DNA of 64,000 nucleotides from Gemmatimonadales bacterium. Its GTDB lineage: Bacteria; Gemmatimonadota; Gemmatimonadetes; Gemmatimonadales; GWC2-71-9. The number at the start of each line of letters is the position of its first letter. Within the stretch, counting starts at the first letter, position 1. A model generated the notes under the pieces. That model had not been told where the DNA came from, made no database searches, and saw nothing but the letters and a program-made list of their open reading frames with translations. Positions 54,866 to 64,000 of this stretch are shown here, in pieces. The stretch covers positions 19,728-83,727 of the forward strand of contig DATEIR010000127.1 of the NCBI GenBank assembly GCA_035278885.1, read 5' to 3'. Position numbers and translations under genes: made by a program.

Positions 54866-57271
54866 TCACTCCGCCCGAAGCGCCTTCACCGGATCCGACC
54901 GCGCCGCCCGCCGGGCGGGGAGGTAGCTCGCCGCCGCCGCCACCGCCGTCAGGAACGCCGCCACGACGGCATAGGCGGCCAGATCCGTTCCCGAGACCCC
55001 GTAGAGCAGCGAGCGAAGCACGCGGCTTCCGATCGCCGCGGCGCCGAGCCCGACGACGAGCCCGATCAGCACCGGGGTCAGGCCCTGCCGCATGACCATC
55101 CCGAGCACGGCCTCGGCGCTGGCGCCGAGCGCGACCCTGATCCCCAATTCGCGGGTGCGCTGCACCACGCTGTACGCGATCACGCCGTAGATGCCGAGGG
55201 CGGCCAGCAGCAGGGCCGTGGCGGCGAAGGCGCCGAGCAGGAGCGCGTTGACCCGGGGCCGCGCCAGCGTCCCCGCGACCCGCTGCTCCATCGTGGTGAC
55301 CTGGGAGAATGCGAGGCTGGGATCCACGCCCTCGAGCGCCTGTTTGAGCGGGCCCGCCAGTGCCAGCGGATTCCGAGCGGTCCGGAGCGAGACCACGATG
55401 GCGCGGCTCGCGTCCTGGGCGAAGGGCACGTAGATCTGCGGGTAGGCCGGGCTCACCGCGCCGTCCTGGCGGACGTCGCCCACCACCCCGACCACGGTCA
55501 TCCAGGCCGCGGCCGAATCGGTGGGATCGTCGAAGGTGATGCGCGAGCCGAGCGGGTCGCGGCCGGGCCAGTAGCGTTGGGCCAGCCCCTGGCTCACGAT
55601 GGCGACCGGTGCGCGGTCGGCGCGGTCGCCGGCATCGAACAGTCGGCCGCGGATCAGCGGAAGGGCGAAGGTGTGGAAGTACTCGGGGCTGGCCTGGTAG
55701 ATGACCGCGTCCTGCACCACCTCGGGTGGGGGTTGCTCGACGCCGCCCATGGCGAAGGCCCAGTAGGGCAGACCACCGTCGACCGGCGCGCCGGTCCCGA
55801 GCGCGGCGGAGCTCACGCCCGGAAGCGCCCGCGCGCGATCCAGCAACGCGTCGGCAAACGCCACTTGGCGGGCCGGATCGTCGTAGCGCGAGCGCGGCAG
55901 GGTGACCCGGGCGGTCAGAATCCCCTCCACGGCCACGCCCGGGTCCACCCGGGTCAGGCCCACGAAGCTGCGGAGCAGCAACGCGGCCCCCACCAGCAGC
56001 ACCGAGGCCAACGCCACCTCCGCGAGCACCAGGCCGGCGCGGGTGCGCGTGGCCGAGCGGGTGCCGGAGAGCGCGCGTCCCCCTTCGGCCAGACCGCCGC
56101 GGAGATCGACGCCGAGCGCCCGGATGGCCGGCACCACTCCGAACAGCAGGCCGGTGGTGACGGAGAGCGTCAGCGCGAAGGCCAGCGCGCGCGCATCGAG
56201 ACCGACCTCCTCCACTCGCGGCAAGGTCCCCGGCTCGAGCGCGCGCAGCGCGCCTACGCCCCACGCCGCGAGGCCGAGCCCGAGGAGTCCCCCCGCCAGG
56301 GCCAGGAGTACGCTCTCGGTGAGGAGCTGCCGGACCAGCCGTTTCTTCGATGCGCCGAGCGCGGCGCGGATCGTGAGCTCGCGCTCGCGTGCCGCGACCC
56401 GGACCAGCATCAGGTTGGCCACGTTGGCGCAGGCGATGAGCAGGACCAGCCCGACGGCGCCGAGGAACACCAGCAGCGCCGGCCGGATCTCGCCCACGAT
56501 GCGCTCCTGCAGTCCGATCAGCTCCACCCCCCAGCCGGCATTGGTCTCCGGATATTCGGCCTCGAGCCGCCGGGCGATCGTCGTCAGCTCCACGCGCGCC
56601 GTTTCGGGTGTGGCGCCCGGCGCCAGCCGGCCGATCACCTGGAGAAAGTCGCTCCGGCGGCCCAGCGTCGTGTCGGTCTGGAGCGGAGTCCAGACGTCCA
56701 CCTCCGCCGGCAGCGCGAGCCCGCGGGCACCGGCGCCGACGATGGTGTACGGCACGCCGCCGAGCGTGATCCGTCGGCCCACGACATCGGGGCGGCCGCC
56801 ATACGCCCGCTCCCAGTACCCCTGGCTCAGGACCACCACCCGCGCCGCGCCGCGCGCCTCGTCGTCGCGGAAGTCACGGCCCGCCGGCACCGGAGCACCC
56901 AGCACGCGGAAATAGTCGGGCGTCACCAGGGCGCCGCTCACCACCTGGGGCTCGTCGCTCCCGGTCACCGTGAACGTGGCGCTGGTCCAGGCCGCCATGC
57001 CCGAGAACGAGCGGGCCTTGCGCCAGTCGAGAAAGTCCGGGAGCGACGCCGTCTCGCGGCCGATCGAGGCGTGGTGACCCCAGACGGTGAGGATGCGGTC
57101 GGGGTCGGGATACGGCAGGGGCCGAAGCAGCACGCCGTTGACGGCGCTGAAGATCGCGATGTTGGCGCCGATGCCCAGTCCGAGCGTGAGGATCGCGGTG
57201 AGCGCGAACACCCGGTGTCGATAGAGCGAGCGAAGCGCGTAGCGGAGGTCCTGTCGGACGCCGTGCATCAT
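54866..57271 (-). CDS. ADOP-type duplicated MacB/FtsX permease, paralog P6 (801 aa)
   Basis: MMHGVRQDLRYALRSLYRHRVFAL..LGLGIGANIAIF with two FtsX blocks. C-terminus KALRAE. Confidence 0.9.
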   Translation of the reverse strand: MMHGVRQDLRYALRSLYRHRVFALTAILTLGLGIGANIAIFSAVNGVLLRPLPYPDPDRILTVWGHHASIGRETASLPDFLDWRKARSFSGMAAWTSATFTVTGSDEPQVVSGALVTPDYFRVLGAPVPAGRDFRDDEARGAARVVVLSQGYWERAYGGRPDVVGRRITLGGVPYTIVGAGARGLALPAEVDVWTPLQTDTTLGRRSDFLQVIGRLAPGATPETARVELTTIARRLEAEYPETNAGWGVELIGLQERIVGEIRPALLVFLGAVGLVLLIACANVANLMLVRVAARERELTIRAALGASKKRLVRQLLTESVLLALAGGLLGLGLAAWGVGALRALEPGTLPRVEEVGLDARALAFALTLSVTTGLLFGVVPAIRALGVDLRGGLAEGGRALSGTRSATRTRAGLVLAEVALASVLLVGAALLLRSFVGLTRVDPGVAVEGILTARVTLPRSRYDDPARQVAFADALLDRARALPGVSSAALGTGAPVDGGLPYWAFAMGGVEQPPPEVVQDAVIYQASPEYFHTFALPLIRGRLFDAGDRADRAPVAIVSQGLAQRYWPGRDPLGSRITFDDPTDSAAAWMTVVGVVGDVRQDGAVSPAYPQIYVPFAQDASRAIVVSLRTARNPLALAGPLKQALEGVDPSLAFSQVTTMEQRVAGTLARPRVNALLLGAFAATALLLAALGIYGVIAYSVVQRTRELGIRVALGASAEAVLGMVMRQGLTPVLIGLVVGLGAAAIGSRVLRSLLYGVSGTDLAAYAVVAAFLTAVAAAASYLPARRAARSDPVKALRAE

Positions 57272-57281
57272 GGGCGCACGC

Positions 57282-59705
57282 TCATTCCGCCCGCAGCGCG
57301 ATCGCGGGGTCGAGCCGGGCGGCGCGAAGCGCCGGCAGCGCCGCGGCGGCGATGGCGCAGGCGCCGAGCACCGCGGCGCCGGCGAGGAAGGTCGGCGGGT
57401 CGGTCGGGCTCACCTGGTACAACAGCGTGCCGAGCAGACGGCTCGCCACCAGCGCGCCGCCCAGTCCGATGAGCAGGCCCAGCGCCGCCAGCCGGGCGCC
57501 GTGCCGCACGATGAGCCGGACCACGTCCCCCCGGTCGGCGCCCAGCGCGACCCGCACGCCGATCTCCTGGGTCCGCTGACTCACGCCGTAGGAGATCACC
57601 CCGAAGACGCCGATCGCCGCGAGCAGGAGGGCCATCGCTCCGAACGCCGTGAGCAGCGCGGTGCTGAAGCGAGCCTGGGCCAGCGAGCGGGTGATCCGGT
57701 CGTCCATCGTCCCGACCTGGTACAGGGGGACCGCGGGATCGACCGCCCGCACCGCCTCGCGCAGCCCGGGCACCAGCGCCATCGGCCCGCCGGTGCCGCG
57801 CGCGGCGACGGTCATCGACCGCTGGATCCAGTTCCAGGCCGGCTCAGGGGCCTGCCCCAGCGGGAGATAGAACTCGGGCTCGGCAGGCTGACTCATGTCC
57901 TGCGCTCGCACGTCGGCGACCACGCCGACGACGGTCTTCCAGCCGGGCAGCCCATCCGGGCCGCCGTCGCAGCAGGCGATCCGTTTGCCGATCGGGTCCT
58001 GCCCGGGAAAAGCCTCCCGGGCCAGCCGCTCGTTGATGATCATGACCAGCGGCGTTCCCTTGCGGTCCTGATCGGTGAAGCCCCGGCCACGGCGCAGCGG
58101 AATCCGCATGGCGCCGAGGTACCCGGGGGACACGATCCGGAGATACGAGTTGATGGACGAGGCGACGTCGAGCGGCCGGCCTTCCGGGACGAGCCCGTTG
58201 GTGTTGCCGCCTTCCAGCGGCGCCACCGAGGCCACGCCCGAGGCGGTCACCCCTCGCACCGCGGAGATTTGGTCGGCCAGCCGCTCGAAGGCGGTGCGCG
58301 CCTGGTCCGGCGTCTCGTACCCCGTGGTGGGGAGAGACACTCGCGCGGCGACCACGCCGGTCGGGTCGTAGCCGGGCTGAACCCGGTTGAGCGCCGCCGC
58401 GCTGCGGATCAGGAGCCCGGCTCCGGTGAGGAGCATGAGCGCCAGCGCGATCTCGGTCACCACCAGCGCGCTCCGCAGCCGGTCGCGGTGCACGCCCCCA
58501 GAGCGACCTTCCTTGAGCGCGGCGTGCGGCGGCCGCGAGGCGAGCCGGAGCGCGGGCGCCAGTCCGAACAGGAGCCCGGCGCCGAGCGTGACGGCGAGCA
58601 CGAAGCCGAGCATCGGCCCGTCGACCCGTGCCTGCGCCAGGCGGGGCACATCTGCCGGCCCGAACGCGGTGAGTCCCTGAATCGCCCAGTGGGCCACCAG
58701 GACACCCAGGGCGCCGCCGAGACCGGCGAGCAGCAGGTTCTCGGTGAGCGCCTGCCGCAGCAGGTGCCCTCGGCCGGCGCCGACCGCGGCGCGGATCGCC
58801 ATCTCGCGCCCGCGCGCGGTGCCCTGCGCCAGCAGCAGGTTGCCGATGTTGGCGCAGGCGATGAGCAGGACGAAGCCGACCGCACCCAGCAGGACGAACA
58901 GGCGGGGCCGGTAGTCCTGCACCAGCTCCTCCATCAGCGAGAAGGCGCCGAGTCCGCGCTCCTGGTTCTCCCGCGGGAATTCCTGCTCGAGGCCCCGTGC
59001 GATGTCGGCCAGCTCGGTCCGGGCCTCGGCCGGCGTGACCCCGGGCCGAAGCCGTCCGAGCACGGTGAGGAAATGCTCGTCGTGCTGGGCCAGCTGCTCC
59101 GGCGTGAAGGCGGTCGGGATCCAGAGCTGCTCGCCCAGCAGAGTGAAGTCGAGCGAGGCGGGCATGACGCCGATCACGGTGGCGGGCCGCCCGTCGAGCC
59201 GCACCTCTCGCCCGATGACGGACCGGTCAGCGCCGAACCGTCGGCGCCAGAGGCCGTCGCTCAGCACCACGACCTGGTCCCGACCGGGCGTGTCCTCGTC
59301 GGACGCGAAGGTCCGGCCCAGTGCGGGAGAGACTCCGAGGAGCTGGAAGTAATCCGGCCCCACCCGGGCGGCCGGCACGTTCTCCGGCTGGTCGAGCCCG
59401 GCGAGGTTGAGCTGCTCGGGATAGGTGGGGACCAGATGCTCGAAGAGCCGGTCGCGCCGGCGGAGGTCCGCCCAGTTGCCCACCGACATGGAGCCCTGTT
59501 GTGCGCGCCACAGCTCGCGGACCACCAGCACGCCGTCGGGGCGAGCCCAGGGCAGCGGTCGGAACAGCACGGCGTAGACCGCGCCGAACACGGCCGCGGT
59601 GCCGCCGATGCAGAGCGCCAGCGTGAGAACGATCGAGGCCGTGAGACTCGGCCGGCGGCGCAGGGAGCGCAGGGCGATTCGTAGGGACCGGAGCAGTCCG
59701 TCCAT
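57282..59705 (-). CDS. ADOP-type duplicated MacB/FtsX permease, paralog P7 (807 aa)
   Basis: MDGLLRSLRIALRSLRRRPSLT... with two FtsX blocks. C-terminus IALRAE. Confidence 0.9.
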   Translation of the reverse strand: MDGLLRSLRIALRSLRRRPSLTASIVLTLALCIGGTAAVFGAVYAVLFRPLPWARPDGVLVVRELWRAQQGSMSVGNWADLRRRDRLFEHLVPTYPEQLNLAGLDQPENVPAARVGPDYFQLLGVSPALGRTFASDEDTPGRDQVVVLSDGLWRRRFGADRSVIGREVRLDGRPATVIGVMPASLDFTLLGEQLWIPTAFTPEQLAQHDEHFLTVLGRLRPGVTPAEARTELADIARGLEQEFPRENQERGLGAFSLMEELVQDYRPRLFVLLGAVGFVLLIACANIGNLLLAQGTARGREMAIRAAVGAGRGHLLRQALTENLLLAGLGGALGVLVAHWAIQGLTAFGPADVPRLAQARVDGPMLGFVLAVTLGAGLLFGLAPALRLASRPPHAALKEGRSGGVHRDRLRSALVVTEIALALMLLTGAGLLIRSAAALNRVQPGYDPTGVVAARVSLPTTGYETPDQARTAFERLADQISAVRGVTASGVASVAPLEGGNTNGLVPEGRPLDVASSINSYLRIVSPGYLGAMRIPLRRGRGFTDQDRKGTPLVMIINERLAREAFPGQDPIGKRIACCDGGPDGLPGWKTVVGVVADVRAQDMSQPAEPEFYLPLGQAPEPAWNWIQRSMTVAARGTGGPMALVPGLREAVRAVDPAVPLYQVGTMDDRITRSLAQARFSTALLTAFGAMALLLAAIGVFGVISYGVSQRTQEIGVRVALGADRGDVVRLIVRHGARLAALGLLIGLGGALVASRLLGTLLYQVSPTDPPTFLAGAAVLGACAIAAAALPALRAARLDPAIALRAE

Positions 59706-59720
59706 GCAAGACCTCGACGA

Positions 59721-62138
59721 TCAGTCCGCCCGCAGCGCGACCATGGGGTCCACCCTGGTCGCCCGGCGGGCGGGAAGCCAGCTGGCTGCCAGTCCGACCA
59801 CGGCCAGCAACGCGACGATCAGCGCGAACACGGCGGGATCGGTGTCGCTCACGCCGAAGAGCAGCGCGTCGAGCACCCGGGTGAACGCGACGGCTCCCAG
59901 AAGGCCCGCCGCGACGCCCGCGCCGATCACGGCGAGGGCCCGCCGCAGCTCCGCCCGCAGCACCCGGCGCCGGCTGGCGCCGAGGGCGAGGCGGATGCCG
60001 AGCTCCCGGGTGCGCTGCACCACGGAATACGCCATCACCCCGTAGAGACCCACCGCGGTGAGCGCCAGGGCCGTGGCGGCGAACCCCGCCAGGAGCGTCA
60101 TGGTGAACCGGCGGCGGGCGAGCGTGTCACCCAGGTAGGCCTGCATCGGGCGCACGTCGGCCACCGGAAGCTGCGGATCCATCGCATGGATCTGGGCCAC
60201 GAGCGGGGCCGCGAGTGCCTCCGGGTCGCCGTTGGTCCGCACCACCAGCGTCATCGCACTCCACGGCCACTGTGATTCGGCCCAGTAGAGCGTGGGGTGC
60301 GGCAGCGAGTCGATGCCCGCGTGCCGTACGTCGCCCACCACGCCGACGATGGTGCCGCGCAGCGTGTCGCCCCAGGGCATGGCGATCCGCTGGCCCAGGG
60401 CAGGCTCCCCTGCCAGGTAGCGCTCGGCGAAGCTCCGGCTCACGATGACCGCCTTGGGTCCGTCGGCTCGATCCGAGGCGGCGAAGGTGCGGCCCTCGCG
60501 CAGCGGAATTCCCATGGCGTGGAAGTAGTCGGGTGTGACGGCCTGGATGTGGGCCCCGATACGCTGGTCCGGCGGCGGCACGGGACGGCCCTCGATCCAC
60601 AGATCGGTGGCCGAGCGAAGCCCCGAGAGCGGCAGCCAGCTCACCGTGCCGGCCGCGCTCACCCCCGACAACTCCCCGACGCGGGTGACCAGGGCATCGA
60701 AGAACGCGGCCTGCTGGGCCGGCGCGGCGTAGCGGGCCTCCGGCAGGGAGATCCTCGCGGTCAGCACCCGCTCGGCGTCGAAGCCGAGCTCGACCTGCTG
60801 CAGGCGCGCGAAGCTCTTGAGCAGCAGCCCGGCGCCGACCAGCAGCATCAGCGAGAGCGCCACCTGCGCCGCGACCAGCACGCCGCGGAGCCGGTTGCCC
60901 CCGGGTGTCCCGCTGCGGCCGCCCTCCTTGAGCGCGGCCTGCAGATCGGCCCGTCCGGCGTGGAGCGCGGGGATGAGGCCGAACCCGATGCCGGCCACCA
61001 GGGAGACCAGCAGGGTGAACCCGAGCGTGGCCCCGTCTACGGCCACGCTGCCGAGGCGGGGAATGCCGGCCTGTGCGCCGGCCGCCAGCGCCGCGGTGAG
61101 CCAGAGGGCCAGAAGCACGCCACCGGCGCCGCCCATGAGGCCGAGCACCACGCTCTCGGCGAGGAATTGGCGTGCCACCCTGCCCCGCCCCGCGCCGAGT
61201 GCGGCGCGGACCGCGATCTCGCGCCGCCGAGCCGACGCCTGGGCGAGCTGCAGATTGGCGACGTTGGCACAGGCGATGAGCAGCACCAGACCGACCACAC
61301 CGGCCAGCAGCAGCAGCGGCCGGCGCATGTGCCCGGTGACGTCCTCGGTGACCGGCACCAGATTCACGCCCCAGCCCGTGTTGTACTCGGGGAACTGCTC
61401 TTCCAGCCGCCTGGCGATGGCCGAGAGCGATGCCTGGGCCCGCTCCGGGCTCACCCCGTCCTTGAGCCGGCCGATCGCGACCAGATAGCGGCCCTGTACG
61501 CCGTGATAGTCCTTCGCCGGATCGAGGCCGAGCGGCGCCCAGACCTCCGGCGACTCCGGCCGGCCGACGATGCCCGCGCCGGGGGCCAGCACGCCGATGA
61601 TGGTGTGCGGCACCCCATCCAGCTCGAGTCGCTGGCCCACGGCGTCGCGCGCTCCGCCGAAACGGCGCTGCCAGAGGCCGTGGCTCAGCACCACCACCGG
61701 CGCGGCACCGGGCAGATCCTCCTCGGCGGAATAAGTGCGGCCGAGGATCGGGCGCATCCCCAGCATGGGGAAGAGGTCGGCCGATGCGTACTCCACCGGG
61801 ACCTGCAGCGGGTCACCGTGACCGGTGAGACCCACCCGGCTGTCGGCTACCGCGGCCAACTGCTGGAATACCCCGCTCTCGGCCTTCCAGGGGAAGAAGT
61901 TGTACGGCGCGACCACGTTCCGTTCCACCTGGTCGGCATGACGCGCTTCCCACAGCATCATCACGCGGTCGGCGTGCGGATACGGCAGCGGGCGGAGCAG
62001 GACCGCGTTGATCACGCTGAAGATCGCGGTGTTCGCCCCGATGCCGAGGGCGAGACAGGCTACCGCGGCGATGGTAAAGCCGGGGGCGCGGCGGAGCCGC
62101 CGAAGCGCGGACCGCAGGTCGTCGAGCAGGAACGCCAT
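59721..62138 (-). CDS. ADOP-type duplicated MacB/FtsX permease, paralog P8 (805 aa)
   Basis: [34 protein letters not shown] with two FtsX blocks. C-terminus VALRAD. Confidence 0.9.
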   Translation of the reverse strand: MAFLLDDLRSALRRLRRAPGFTIAAVACLALGIGANTAIFSVINAVLLRPLPYPHADRVMMLWEARHADQVERNVVAPYNFFPWKAESGVFQQLAAVADSRVGLTGHGDPLQVPVEYASADLFPMLGMRPILGRTYSAEEDLPGAAPVVVLSHGLWQRRFGGARDAVGQRLELDGVPHTIIGVLAPGAGIVGRPESPEVWAPLGLDPAKDYHGVQGRYLVAIGRLKDGVSPERAQASLSAIARRLEEQFPEYNTGWGVNLVPVTEDVTGHMRRPLLLLAGVVGLVLLIACANVANLQLAQASARRREIAVRAALGAGRGRVARQFLAESVVLGLMGGAGGVLLALWLTAALAAGAQAGIPRLGSVAVDGATLGFTLLVSLVAGIGFGLIPALHAGRADLQAALKEGGRSGTPGGNRLRGVLVAAQVALSLMLLVGAGLLLKSFARLQQVELGFDAERVLTARISLPEARYAAPAQQAAFFDALVTRVGELSGVSAAGTVSWLPLSGLRSATDLWIEGRPVPPPDQRIGAHIQAVTPDYFHAMGIPLREGRTFAASDRADGPKAVIVSRSFAERYLAGEPALGQRIAMPWGDTLRGTIVGVVGDVRHAGIDSLPHPTLYWAESQWPWSAMTLVVRTNGDPEALAAPLVAQIHAMDPQLPVADVRPMQAYLGDTLARRRFTMTLLAGFAATALALTAVGLYGVMAYSVVQRTRELGIRLALGASRRRVLRAELRRALAVIGAGVAAGLLGAVAFTRVLDALLFGVSDTDPAVFALIVALLAVVGLAASWLPARRATRVDPMVALRAD

Positions 62139-62145
62139 CGGTCGC

Positions 62146-62844
<699 letters not shown>

Positions 62845-62952
62845 GTCGGTGTCCGTGTCGGGTGTGAGAGTAACGGGAGACGAAAGGGCGCTGTCAGCTG
62901 CCGGCCATCAGTGGCTCGACGGGTCGAACAGTTCCGGCGTTGGTCACGTCCG

Positions 62953-62974
62953 GTGAATGGTGCGTGAATGGTGC
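62953..62974. repeat. 11-bp perfect tandem duplication GTGAATGGTGC x2 inside the inverted repeat
   Basis: Read directly from the sequence: 62953-62963 and 62964-62974. Confidence 0.8.
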
Positions 62975-62975
62975 C
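62961..62975 (-). promoter_or_regulatory. weak sigma54-like -24/-12 candidate (cGGCAC-N5-acGCA) created by the tandem repeat
   Basis: The minus strand reads GGCACCATTCACGCA. GG and GC have the canonical spacing, and 8 of 11 positions match the TGGCAC-N5-TTGCA consensus. An NtrC-type activator is encoded in the same block. Confidence 0.2.
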
Positions 62976-63012
62976 GCCTGGCCGCCGACAACCGGAGCTG
63001 ACAGCGCCTGGC

Positions 63013-64000
63013 TCATTCCACGCGGACCCGGTCCACGCCATCCCAGCGGGACATGTCCGAGATGATCACCTTCTCGCCCGGCTGCAGCCCGCCGAGCACT
63101 TCCACCGTGTTCACCGACGTCCGCCCCAGGCGCACGTTCACCCGGGTCGCCTCGCGGCCGTCGGCCGCCAGCTTGAAGAGGCCGACCGTGCTGTTGGCCT
63201 GTCCGTAGGCGGGCCGTCCCACGTGGAGCACGTTGTCCAGTCGCTCCACTTGAATGGTCCCATCCACCGAGAGGTCGGGGCGGGCGCCGCGGGGCATCTC
63301 CCCTTCCAGCCGCACGTCCACCGTCACGGTGCCGTTCTGGACCGCCGGGTCGATCCGCGCCACGGCGCCCTTCACGATGCCGTTCCGGGTGTCGATGGCG
63401 GCCGGCTGCCCCAGGGTCAGGTCCTTGGCCTGCGTCTCCGGAATGCGGAGCACGGCCTTGAGCCGCCCGGGCTCCACCAGCCGCGCGAGCACCGCCCCGC
63501 TCTGCGCCCACTGCCCCACCTCGAGCGGCAGCTCCTGCAGGATGCCGTGCGCTCCGGCCAGGACCTTCATGCTGCGGATCCGCTCCCGCTGGAAGTCGAC
63601 CACGGCGCGCAGACGCGCGACCTGCGCGTCCTGGAGCCGCAGCTGCGAGTCGGTGGCTTCAGTCATGACCGCCAGTCGCTTCTCCTCGACTTCGTAGCGG
63701 GTCTGCAGCTCCACCACGCGGTCCTGGGCCCGGCTCGCCTCCATGGAGGAGATCAGCTCCTTCTTGGCCAGATCGCTGCTGGCCTCCGCGGTGCGCTTGG
63801 CATCGAGATACGCCGACTTGGCGGCCGCGACGTTCCCTTCCTGGTTGAGGCGAGTCGTTTCCAGCGAGGTGCGCAGGTTGACCCGATCGCCCTGCGCCAC
63901 GGTGAGCTGCCGCTCGGACTCCAGTGCCTCGAGCTGCACGTCGGGATTGCTCAGCTCGAGCAGCTCGGTCTCGGGGTTCACCTCCTGGCCGGGTTCGGCC
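63013..64000 (-). CDS. HlyD/MacA-type periplasmic adaptor (membrane fusion protein), 5' end beyond the window
   Basis: Coiled-coil hairpin region (LEALESERQL..., RLRAVVDFQRERIRSMK), then beta-barrel and MP-proximal motifs (GQPAAIDTRNG...GAVARIDP, VLHVGRPAY, VNVRLGRTSVNTVEVLGGLQPGEKVI). The frame stays open upstream of the listed start to base 64000 (AEPGQE-VNPE). Confidence 0.85.
   Translation of the reverse strand, partial: AEPGQEVNPETELLELSNPDVQLEALESERQLTVAQGDRVNLRTSLETTRLNQEGNVAAAKSAYLDAKRTAEASSDLAKKELISSMEASRAQDRVVELQTRYEVEEKRLAVMTEATDSQLRLQDAQVARLRAVVDFQRERIRSMKVLAGAHGILQELPLEVGQWAQSGAVLARLVEPGRLKAVLRIPETQAKDLTLGQPAAIDTRNGIVKGAVARIDPAVQNGTVTVDVRLEGEMPRGARPDLSVDGTIQVERLDNVLHVGRPAYGQANSTVGLFKLAADGREATRVNVRLGRTSVNTVEVLGGLQPGEKVIISDMSRWDGVDRVRVE

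Larger units (their letters stand above)
62887..63008. repeat. long-range inverted repeat (13 bp perfect, 17 bp with one bulge) enclosing ~87 nt in the adaptor-ATPase intergenic gap
   Basis: GGCGCTGTCAGCT (62887-62899, continuing g CCGG 62901-62904) against CCGG AGCTGACAGCGCC (62992-63008), read directly from the sequence. Confidence 0.7.

Noticed and set aside
63982-64000. GGCCAGGAGG-TG ahead of the listed adaptor start, considered as a genuine Shine-Dalgarno plus GTG start at 63981.
   Set aside because: A 322-aa product would lack the N-terminal TM anchor and the first half of the lipoyl/barrel-sandwich domain expected in HlyD/MacA adaptors. The frame also stays open to the window edge, so the gene is more likely truncated by the window.

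Overview
This is a very GC-rich bacterial chromosomal fragment. It is gene-dense, with many ATGA/GTGA stop-start overlaps, and I recognise no rRNA, tRNA, CRISPR array or mobile element. I have no search tools, so all calls rest on motif reading of the supplied translations and on codons I checked by hand.

Left to right:
- (1) 1-6.6 kb: two convergent operons for a sugar-modification cluster. They encode two paralogous CgeB-like glycosyltransferases, a SAM methyltransferase, a PRTase-like/kinase-like fusion protein, a HAD-IIIA phosphatase, a sugar nucleotidyltransferase and a clan GH-A glycosidase that looks circularly permuted.
- (2) 6.7-24.5 kb: housekeeping genes. These are a histidine phosphatase, an MsbA-like ABC exporter, an AspC-type aminotransferase, a degenerate DEAD-box/DbpA protein, HU, tdk, coaE, gcvH-gcvP plus a lipoate ligase, a Dpp/Opp-type peptide ABC importer and a CsbD-like protein.
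- (3) 24.6-41.2 kb: RidA, a hybrid histidine kinase with an HD-GYP response regulator, CsaA, an M55 peptidase, a Rieske-FAD oxidoreductase, an orphan RsrA-like anti-sigma factor, a DUF4173-type membrane protein, uppS, an HTH_34 regulator with a membrane partner, mscL, and an NtrB/NtrC-type sigma54 two-component pair.
- (4) 41.2-64.0 kb: the standout. It is one co-directional minus-strand block of eight intact tandem ADOP-type (duplicated MacB/FtsX) permease paralogs. They are interleaved with three MacB/LolD-type ATPases behind one HlyD-type adaptor. The only sizeable intergenic gap in the block carries a structured repeat element.

Long antisense ORFs throughout the window are GC artefacts.
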